NCBI GenBank assembly: GCA_964187785.1
Contig: OZ076410.1
Span: 89,342,001 to 89,406,000, forward strand
Direction: 5' to 3'
DNA from: Amphiscolops sp. MND2022
Taxonomy: Eukaryota
Length of the DNA: 64,000 nt
The notes beneath the pieces are model-generated. The model was not told the DNA's origin and made no database searches. It saw only the letters and a list, made by a program, of their open reading frames with translations. Both the position numbers and the translations under genes were made by a program. Positions 27,332 through 37,400 of this stretch are shown here, piece after piece. Numbering within the stretch: the first letter of the stretch is position 1; each line of letters opens with the position of its first letter.

Positions 27332-29280
27332 TGGTGACAGGTGCCTTCGACACCCAACGGCAATATCCTGAGTTCCTGACTGGACGAATCCACTCACACC
27401 CGACTCTTGAACGACAGGAATTGGCCCAAACTGACCCTCTGGATACGACTCTGCCAGTCCCAGAACCCGAGGTGCCACAAACACCCCAGAGTCCGTTAAA
27501 CAGATTGGCTGATGTTCTAGTTATTCTACAGAACAAACCACAGTCAATGACGATTAGACCAGTTACAACCACTCCCATGACATTCGACGGAAAGAGTGAA
27601 AAATTTGAGTTTTTTGAGGACTTGTACCATACAATGATCAAAATGTAACCCGTAGTGACTGAGCAAATGAAACTTATTCGTTTTCACACCTTGCTGCGCA
27701 AAGGGGCATTGCAGGCATTCAGGAACATAAACTCCATTAACCGTCAAACACTTGAGGACGTGCTGGTCATTTTCCGACGCAAATATGTAAAACCGGAATC
27801 TGAAGCGACGGCAAAACATAAATGGCATAGGCTCATCCTCGATCCTAATACCATGAAAATGCCTGACTTCTCAGAAGAACTGAACCAAGGCGCCGAGAAA
27901 ACCTTCGGTGAAAATGCAAAAAGCATGATTGAGAGCTTGCTAAAATACGCTAAATTACCACCAAAGCTGAAAAGATCTGTCAACATGGCACGTTTAGAAA
28001 ACGGTACGTATGAAGAAATTGTGGCTCATTTAGAACTCGATCTTTTTGCATTGGAGGAATCATATGACCTACCAGTTGCCAGTATGCCTCATCATCTTCT
28101 AATAGCCGCAACTTACTGTCCACTGGTATTGATACCAGCAAGAAAGCCCAATGTGCCTACTGCAAGGCAACCAGACATTTCAACAAAAATTGTCCGAAAT
28201 TGAAAAAAAAATGGAAATGGAGGATAAAAATGGCAAGAAACCAACACACTCAACCTACCCGCCATGTGATACATGTGGGAAAAAGAATCACCCTACGGAA
28301 ACAGGTTGGCAAGGCGCTGGCAAACATCTACGTCCCAAGAGGACCGGATACGATGAAAAAGCCAATGATGACTCAAATGATGAAGGAAAACCCAAGAAGT
28401 CAAACAATAATGAAGACTCATCCTCAAGCCAATCCTCCTTTAAAAAGCCTAAGTCAAAAAAACTGAGTTCGCCACGACTCCAAATACATGACTATTTGTT
28501 GGTTCGACAATATGTCATATCATATCCTCCAATGATTACATTTCACCAATGTATCAAGGACACCAATGGCACTCCGTCCGTTGTCTGGCAGCAACAGATG
28601 GAAAAAGCCTACATCAAAACCTACAAAGAAGTACATAGCGATCGCCCAGACCGATACTATGATTTTGACTACACTAAAGACTTTGAGACTCGATTTCACC
28701 CCTCACAATTGATCGAAGATTATAACCCTCAATATATTGACCCTGAGTACGGAAAAGACCCATATTGGGATGATGAATTATACGAAACACAAAATCTACA
28801 GTTTAGACGTGACGACTATCCCCCAACGGATGATGAGGATGATCCCGAAATAGACGACAACAGACTCTCGAGCCCTCATTGAACTAGGGCAGTCAAACTC
28901 TGAAGCAACTTTTCAAGAAGTAGAGGAATCATACCGACACGAAGACCACCAAGGCCCTTTTAGCTTCTTGGATGAAACAGCCTTCTTGCATCTCCTAGTA
29001 GAAAAGGAATGAGAACCATCATACTTTCCCCTTTCAACTAACCTTGGACTCAAATTCAAAAGACGGATGGTGTACTCCGCAATGGATTTTGAGGAGCTCA
29101 CCATAGACGGCCTAATAGAAACCGGGACCCACTCCAGTGCAATACCAGAAGCAGACCTCAGGAAAATACGCCTATTGACACCTCAATCCATAGTAAAAGA
29201 GGGAACTGCCCCATCGTTCCAAAAATTGGTCGCAAATGGAGGAAAGCCCAAAGGGAACCGTCGAACTAAAGTTTGAAGTC
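26764..29280 (+). pseudogene. gag: Family B copy 2: gag and 5' pol, truncated at 29280
   Basis: 294-aa ORF from ATG 26764 plus following fragments, nearly identical to 13266-15730; similarity stops at GTTTGAAGTC. Confidence 0.9.
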
Positions 29281-29690
29281 TAATAAAAATATCATAGGGG
29301 TTGTTACTAGTGTGAGGAAATTTGTTGAAGGTGAGGAGATAGACAAGAAAGATTGTTTGAATGTGTTATAAAAAATTGCTTGCAGCATTCGGCATTACAT
29401 TTTAAATTAGTCAGGGTAAATATGTGCGAATATGTGGACGAACAGGAGGCGAATCTCTAACAATATGTTTAAGTTGTTAGTGTTAAAGTATGAACAGAGA
29501 CTCAAATTTAACTGTGGTGTGAGGGAATTGGATGTGGGTTTAAGTAGTGAAAATCAACGATGATTTCTATTTTGAGTCGTAGATTATAAGAATCTAATCT
29601 TAAAACTTCTTTTCAGCGATATTTGGGAGAGGTAGTAGTTTTAGAGTTTGGTTTATTAGTTGCAAGATGATCAAGTCTTCACGAGGATAG
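29281..29690 (-). mobile_element. Family C-like Gypsy fragment (left part of the target into which element A inserted)
   Basis: The reverse complement shares TTAAACCCACATCCA and EKEVLRLDSYNL ~ ETELKRLQTSNL with 1690-1780. Confidence 0.55.
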
Positions 29691-29755
29691 TGTCGCGTTA
29701 TGACTAACGCTTAATCAATAATACAAATGCAACTACAACAATAAAGTGCTCAACA

Positions 29756-30022
29756 AAAAACACCTGATTTAATAAAAAGCTCTACAAACATCCCAGGGAT
29801 ACTCTCCCGTTTCTAATCAAAAATTCCCCTGCAAAAATACAAAGCTAATCAATTCCCTTTGTGCTACCGCGCAGTTTATGATTAAAAACACCTGATTTAA
29901 TAAAAGGCTCAACTATCTTCCCAGGGCTTCGGAGCCGTTTCTAATCAAAAATTCCCCTGCAAAAATACAAAGCTAATCAATTCCCTTTGAGCTACAGAGC
30001 AGTTTATGATTAAAAACACCTG
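29756..30022 (+). repeat. 128-bp tandem repeat in U3 (about 2.1 copies)
   Basis: CACCTG at 29761, 29889 and 30017; same structure in the 3' LTR. Confidence 0.9.
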
Positions 30023-30221
30023 CATAAACAAAGCACAAAATTGAACTAACCTGGAGACGGAGGGAGATGAAGATAAAAAATTAATAAAGTAGGGCGGCTG
30101 GCAAAAGAAAGGGAGGCAGCAGAATAATAAAGTAAATTCTCGGGGGACGCAAATACCGTGGGATTGCACAAATGAAAAAATTCTATTATTCACCGCGGAG
30201 ATCCGAAATCTAAAGCTAAGC

Positions 30222-30300
30222 TCTGATTGTCTGAACGAAAACCAGACCAATCAGGCACTTCGGCAGAAGTGCTGAGCTGTTCTTATACGGCGCGCGCAGG
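30222..30300 (+). promoter_or_regulatory. Putative LTR promoter: inverted CCAAT boxes and a TTATA-like element
   Basis: CTGATTG(G/T)...CCAATCAG followed by CTTATAC and a pyrimidine-rich initiator-like region; the first box is intact (ATTGG) in the 3' LTR. Confidence 0.5.
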
Positions 30301-30583
30301 CTGGAGCCTCTTTCTTCCCTCTAACCGGCAGAGCTTCAACACCTAAAAAGCTCTCTCCCACTTTCTCTTCTCCTCAGCTTCTCTCCACTTTACTCAAAAA
30401 CTCATTTCCCACTTTTCTTTTCCCTCGGTCTTATTTCTTCAAGACCAAAAAATTTCTATCTTTCATTCTCCTCGTCTCCTTCCTTTGGTCTTAAAATATT
30501 TCAATCTTGTGCTAAGTCCCACAGCACCAGCAGAATTTTCTATCTTAGAAAATTCTCCTCAACTCAATTTGGACTCCGGTTTG

Positions 30584-30589
30584 GTGAGT
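30584..30589 (+). promoter_or_regulatory. Candidate major splice donor G|GTGAGT
   Basis: Consensus donor downstream of the putative promoter and just upstream of the hairpin array. Confidence 0.45.
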
Positions 30590-30646
30590 GAAAAATAACT
30601 TAGTTTCTTTTTGTGGAGATTTCTGATTCTCCCTTTTCTAACTAAG

Positions 30647-31062
30647 TTTTATCTTAGTAAAATTCCGCTGATTTCATTCAGCGGTTGTTTAAATTTTTTC
30701 TTAGTAAAATTCCACTGATTCTACTCAGTGGTTATCTGAATTTTATCTTAGTAAAATTCCGCTGATTTCATTCAGCGGTTGTTTAAATTTTATTTCAGTA
30801 AAATTCCGCTGATTCTACTCAGTGGTTATCTGAATTTTATCTTAGTAAAATTTCGCTGATTTCATTCAGCGGTTGTTTAAATTTTATCTTAGTAAAATTC
30901 CACTGATTCTACTCAGTGGTTATTTGAATTTTATCCTAATAAAATTCCGCTGATTTCATTCAGCGATTGTTTAAATTTTATCTCAGCAAAATTTCACTGA
31001 TTCTACTCAGTGGTTATTTGAATTTTATCTTAGTAAAATTCCGCTGATTTCATTCTGCGGTT
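30647..31062 (+). repeat. Array of nine 47-bp hairpin units, alternating types A and B (94-bp dimer)
   Basis: Stem starts at 30665, 30712, 30759, 30806, 30853, 30900, 30947, 30994, 31041; seven units in the 3' LTR (about 47361-47682). Confidence 0.95.
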
Positions 31063-31839
31063 ATCTCATTTCTAATTACAAAAATATTAAATAAATGGTT
31101 GGCGTTACACTAGTATTTACAAAATCATTTCACCGTGTTTACCTAGTTAGTTTGTTCCTTATAAAAAGTCCTAATACTGTCTCTCCACCCAACAGAGCAG
31201 TGACTTCAAAAAACTAAAAATTGCTGGTTTAAATTATCACCGGCTAAAATCATTTTTCATTTGCGGCAGATCTAAAGCATTTTCAATATGAAAGTGTAAA
31301 AGCTTGCATTTTAGTCTGTAAATTTTAATACTAATTTTCTGATGTACATAAATGCTCTCTGATATATTTTGTGAAGCTACTTTGCTCAAAATTGGAACAA
31401 ATCTTTCAAATTAACTGAAGTGAAGTAAGTAGTTGTTTTGCTGCTGTATTTAACAAAAGATGGAATAGATACTGAGATGCCTAAAAAATTTTATTTAGTA
31501 CTATTGTATGTTCACGTGATATAATTCAACATATTTCCTTTCAATACTTTTCCACTTTTCAGATGACTCATTTACATACACTGCCTTGCACTACTCACGC
31601 AACTCCCTTTGTTCGCACGTACACGCAAGGCATTTCCTTTCTAGTATTACACGGAGTAAGCTTTGAGACTTTCTTACTCATTTACAATCAATAATAGAAC
31701 AGCCACCTGAAAGTACTTTGCAAAATGCTACATAAGCTGAACTGACTAATACTGATAACAACTGAACAGTCACTTGAAAGGGAAAGTGATGCAAACAGGA
31801 AAAAGTAAATAGTAAAATTCATCCATGCGTGCGACAAAC

Positions 31840-31856
31840 TGGTGCGACCAGTGAGG
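31840..31856 (+). promoter_or_regulatory. Primer-binding site TGGTGCGACCAGTGAGG
   Basis: 3 nt after the LTR end. The complement reads as a T-stem strand (CTCAC) + 7-nt acceptor strand + A + CCA, like elongator-Met or Ile(UAU) tRNAs; exact tRNA not assignable. Confidence 0.8.
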
Positions 31857-32866
31857 CACCTTTCTCTCTCTTAGTAGAGAAGTAAATGAGTTATCTATTA
31901 GAATCCCTACTCTCAGAAGTTAGGGTTAACTACCTATTTCTCTTAACATTACTTCTGATCTTCTTTTTTCTCCTATTGCCCCAATATGTGGCTTCTTTGG
32001 TCTATATAAAGCATAGAACTGCTAGAAAATACTCCAATAGAATCTCTCCACCTTAATAGCCTTCAAAGAGACTGTGCACTACTCAACTTAGTCCTCTTAA
32101 TCCCCAAAACGGTTAGAGTTAATTTACTTCTTCGGAAATGCAAGACTACATTCGGTCCCAAAACAAGAATGAAAATGTTTTCTAACACGGAACTTAAACC
32201 TACAGTTGGGAAATTCACTCTTGTCCAGACGGACACATATTAAGTAAAAGCCCGCCTAGGTCTCCTCGGAGGCTGATTGAAGGCCGTGAGCCCAGTGGGT
32301 GTCCCGGAACCTGTGTAGCATTCCAAGAGGGAAACCTAGTATTCTAGTGATAGTACCCAAGTGTTTGCATGATAGTGATCTTGGCCCCGCGCACTTAATC
32401 CTGAGGACGAGAGTGACTCCCTCTGTTTGTTTATTGTATTACCTCTACAAAGGACATTGTAAGGCTAGACTAGCGAACTGAGTACCTTTTGGGACCGACT
32501 GTACTCTCCACATATATTTTTTTTTGGGTTAAATCGGAGGAGTGGTATACCCCAAACTGCCCTTTCCTTTACTCAAATAAATTTAGCGGGATTTGTAAGT
32601 ATCCCCTAAAAATTTGGGATTTGAGTATTAAACCCGGAGGACTAACGTAAGCTGAGAGGAGAGATCAAAATTTTTTTTGCATACTATTGAGTATATGCAA
32701 AGCCAGACCTGCCTAGCGCTTATCATCTTTAGAACTCTTGCAAGAGCGTGTTTTACCTTAGTCATTTGCGGTCATTTACAGAGACCTGGAGTATCCTACC
32801 TAATCGAATCTTTAATTTATTATTCGTTGCTACAATTTCTTTCTCTAATAATTTCAACAGCTCACA

Positions 32867-34324
32867 ATGGCTGCGCAAAATTACTTGGCATATCCAGACC
32901 TCGGCCGAGACCAATTCACAGGAACAGACCCAGATCAAGATCCTGAACAATTTATACAGCTCATTGAAAAGAAGTTCCGGTTTTCTCATGGTGATACCCC
33001 AGCCAACGGACCAGCACTTGATGACTACAACTTTAGAAGAAAATCCTATTTTGCTACACTATTAAGAGGACCCGCAGCAGAGTGGTTCGAGACCAGCATC
33101 ACAGACGCTAACACTTGGGCAGAAATCAGAGAGAGGTTCATCACACGATTCGCAGATGGCAGAAGCAAATTTAGACACATGATGGAAGCCGAACATGTCA
33201 TCAGACGAGATGGAGAAGAAATAAAGAACTTCCTACACAGAATCAAAATAGTAGTGGGAAAAGGATGGCCAGATGACATAGCCGGAGTTGCACAGAACAA
33301 TAGAGACGCCGAAAGGGCAGCTCAAGACAGACAAAGAAGACAGAGATGCATTGACTACTCCCTAAGAGGCCTTAGACCTCCAAAGCTGAGGGAAAAGGCA
33401 CACGAATATCTAATGGACCACCCGAACGCAACCTGGGAGCAATTTTCACAAGCAGTAATAAATAAAGACCTTTACTATACTGTAACTACCGCCCTAACTG
33501 GCGGAGAGTCACACGCAGACCCACTCATACAAGAAATGCGAGACGATCTGAAGGGAATTAAACTACAAATATAAGAACAGATGAATAACACGGTCAACGC
33601 GGTAGAGAAAACGGTAGACCCTAATGCTACAGGAAGAAGAATGGCCACACGATTCTGCGGCTATTGCCGAACAAACGGGCATACACCTAACTGGTGCAGA
33701 AAGAAAATGAGAGATGAGGAGGTCAAGAAGGTTCAAAACGAAGCTAACGCAGAGAGAAGAATAACATTCACCAACGATTACAATAAAAGAACTGGACCTG
33801 AGCACGGCTCAAGATTTCAGACAAGACTACCCGATTCAGAGATCCGAAAAAATATGGCGGTTGCACATCAACTGGCACTTGCGGGAGCCATGCAAGCAAC
33901 CCCCTCATGGAACCGATTTGATAGATCGCAGAACAGAAACTTTAACCCAGAACGCAGATCTACAAATTCTAGATTTAGCTCCGGTAACCAGAGATTTTCG
34001 CAAGAGGTTAGTAGACCTTTTTCCAATAATTCTAACAGTTCCAGAAGCATTTCCCCAGGACCACAGAGAGTTAGATCTCCTTTTAACTTCAACAGAGACC
34101 AGCCTAACTCTTTTAATCGCAACATACAACCTCTCCCACCAAGGAATAACTCAGGTTTCCAGAGACAACAACAAAACAGAAACGAAAGATCCAATACTCC
34201 TACTCAGTCTTACGAGCAAAGATTCCCGAAAACTAACGACATGGGAAGATCTAACACAGTACAATTTTTAGAGACTGACTACTCAGTGAACTCAGTAGCC
34301 GATTTTCGTCCTTTAAACTACTAA
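32867..34324 (+). CDS. gag: Family A Gag with CCHC knuckle; one in-frame TAA at 33572-33574
   Basis: ORFs 32867-33574 and 33581-34324 are in the same frame; capsid-like LLRGPAAEWF and knuckle CGYCRTNGHTPNWC. Confidence 0.92.
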
Positions 34325-34401
34325 GGTCTCCGAAAAATAAAAGTAGCAGCAGTGCCCCACTAAAATTTAGTCTTAATCTTTATTATTTTGCTGCCGGAGA
34401 C
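34312..34401 (+). promoter_or_regulatory. -1 frameshift signal T_TTA_AAC with 7-nt spacer and stem GTCTCCG/CGGAGAC
   Basis: The heptamer is in gag frame, separated from the TAA by one codon; the -1 frame is open into the protease; stem arms at 34326-34332 and 34395-34401. Confidence 0.8.
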
Positions 34402-37400
34402 TCACAAAAAGATAGTGGCTTGGAAATTGAATTTCTACTGGACACTGGGGCAACATCTTCAATCATCAACTATAGAACATTTAGAGAACTTTGTCAATTT
34501 CAACAAGATCTTGAACTCAGTAGGAGCAACAACACAACACGGAACTACTCTGGTCAAATCATCCCTATGATGGGATACATTTCGCTAAGACTCTACTATG
34601 ACTCCGACGGCCAACATAACTTCCCTCTGACAATCTGGATCACCGAAATGAAGACACAGAACCTTCTTGGAATGAATTTTTGCCAAGAACAAGTCAACAA
34701 AATACACTTCGATCTTCCCGGCATAGAACTCAAGAAACCGACTAATACCTTCTGTTACGGCAGTCTTCAACTCAACAAAAGTTACCCTTATGTATCGCAA
34801 ATCTTCTCTGTCCGGATTCCTTACTCAATGTATATCGAGCCAAAAACGACAAGGTGTTACAAATTTGCACCGGAGAACACTAAGAACTCTTTTCCTCCTG
34901 GATCTACGTTCCTACCCAACAGAAAGGCAGTCTCTACAGGACTCAACTTCATAAATGTCCTTTGTACACGGTTTGAGAAGACTTTGCCAATCGTTATGGA
35001 AAACAACAAGAACCATACAATCACGCTAGTAAAAGGAACAATAGGATACTCCATGCTAGACGTCATAGACAAAGAAATCCCAAAATATCAGATTAGAAAT
35101 CCTACCGAACCCGCTTACACCATTTTAAGCGAAAACGAAGAATACAATGATTGCTTCTTACTACACTCTACTATCCCTTCACAAGATATGAACGATTGCC
35201 TCAGAATAGAAGGAGGAAATTCCACAACAATACTCAGCAGACCAGATTCTGTCATCATCTTTGTCCCGGCTGATCTAAAGCCAGCCAAAGGCTTCTCTAA
35301 AGAAATTTTAACAAAAATACCTTCACTAAAAGACTCTTGCGCAAAACAGAAGCCACAAAAAGGCGACACAATACCATACTGGGATACAACTCTAAAGCGA
35401 TTTATATACGTCCTAATAACTAAAGCTAAATCGAAAGACAAAATCGACCCACAAATCTTAGCCCAATCGCTGGAAACACTAAAAGCCCACGCTAAAATGA
35501 ATAATATCAAAACTGTTTCTATGTTACGAGAAGCATCAGAACTAGAGCACTTCCAATGGCAAGACGTTACACAAATTATTCAAGACATTTTTGCCTACTC
35601 AGAAATACAACTCCGAATTTATACAAGAAACGAGCTAGATGTCTACGCCATGACTACCAGAGGAGACCCCGAATATGCACTAGAAGATGAAATACAACAC
35701 TTTTCAGAAGAATTCCACTTGAAGCACAGAGAACTGGAAACTGACTTTACTAGAGACGCAAAGTCCTGTCAACCACCTTGTGAAGAACAATTCAAGATAT
35801 TTAGGCCCAAAGAAGACAACGAACGTCTCATTGAATACTACCTACAATATCAGAACAAGGAAGCAGTTCAATACATCAAGGAATTTGACTTTCGCTACTC
35901 AGACCTCACAGACGAAGAACTTGTTCTTCTAATAGACCTACTAATGGATGCTAGAGATGTATACTCACAACACAAGTTCGACGTTGGAAAGACTAGACAG
36001 AAATTTAACATTAAGCTGGAACAGGGAGCAATTCTGAAGAGACAGAGACCTAGCAAAGTACCACTACACCTACGTGAGAAGTTAGAAAAACTACTAACAC
36101 AGCTCAAAGAGGCTGACATAATAAGAGAAATGGGAGATGACGACGAAATGGGATCCCTATTCGTAAACCCCATCATCCTACAACCAAAACACGATTATGT
36201 TAAGCTGATGATAGACGCAAGATACCTGAATTCAGTAACTGATCTAACAAACTACTCCTGGCCCTTGGAACCAATCCAAACCATAATGACGCTCATCAAC
36301 GGGAAGATATTCTCAGTAGGCGATCTCTCTTGCGCTTTTCACCAAATCCCACTAGATGAGCCCACACAGAAGCTAACTAGCTTTATAATTGGCGGTAAAC
36401 AATACACATTCACCAGAGGATTCTACGGACTTAAAGGATTACCCAGCTTCTTCAGCCGTATGATGACAATCCATTTTGAACCCCTCATCAAGAAGAAACA
36501 AGCAATAACCTACATAGACGACACGTTAATGCAGGCCAAAAACAAACAAGAGATGTTCACAGTTATCCAAGAATACCATGACCTACTACGGAAAGCAGGA
36601 CTCAAGGCAGCTCCCGACAAAACACTATTCTTCTTGCGAAAAGTTAAGTTCCTGGGACATGTGATTGCAGCAGACGGAATACAACCTGTAGCTAAGCGAG
36701 TCAGGGATCTTCACAATCTCAAATCGCCAAAAACAAAAACTGAGGTAAAAAGCTTCCTAGGGGCTCTGGGATTCTATAGCTGTTACATCAAGAATCTACA
36801 TGTCGATAGCCGGCCTTTCTACGAGCTGACCAAGAAAGATACAAACTTTTGTTGGAAACAAGAACATGAAGACCTCTTCCAAGAAATAAAGAAGAGAATC
36901 AGCGAAGACACAGTTCTTGCAGTACCTTCAACAAAACACCCATTTCATATACACGTAGACTCGTCCAATGTGGGGACAGGATGTATACTCATACAACAAT
37001 TTCCAGAGGGGAAACGGATCATCTCTTTCAATTCCAGAATTTTCGCAAAAGAAGAACAAAAGATGTCCGCACTACTTAGAGAACTATGTGGAATAGTCTC
37101 AGCACTACAAACATATGAGCACTATATCATTGGATCTCCCTTCCCGATCTATCTATATTGTGACCATAAACCAATTCTTTATCTCTGGGGACGAAAAGGA
37201 CAGGTTTCACCGCGATTCTTTAGGTACCAAGTGATTATTTTCAAGTTTCCCAATCTAAAGATAATATGGACGCCGGGAAGCAACCTAGCCTTCCCCGATA
37301 TACTCAGCCGAAATGTCTCAATCGAAGAACACAAGAAACACCAACTTAGCCACAAGATCCTACCCAACGACATACACTTCTTCGACGAGCACGGGACTCA

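Larger units (their letters stand above)
29691..31836 (+). repeat. Family A 5' LTR (2146 bp)
   Basis: Matches 46407-48455 apart from one 94-bp array dimer and scattered substitutions. Confidence 0.97.

Noticed and set aside
29945-30250. 101-aa minus-strand ORF present in both LTRs (also 46661-46966)
   Set aside because: It overlaps the U3 repeat, has a composition explained by the A-rich opposite strand and starts with a non-ATG codon; its duplication simply reflects LTR identity.
30647-31062. CRISPR-like appearance of the regularly spaced palindromic 47-bp array
   Set aside because: There are no unique spacers (whole units repeat), no cas genes, and the context is a eukaryotic LTR.
34800-35060. 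dUTPase-like beta-rich segment after the protease (similar region in family B at ~15900-16170)
   Set aside because: None of the five dUTPase motifs is recognisable; at most an inactive fold, and this needs a profile search.
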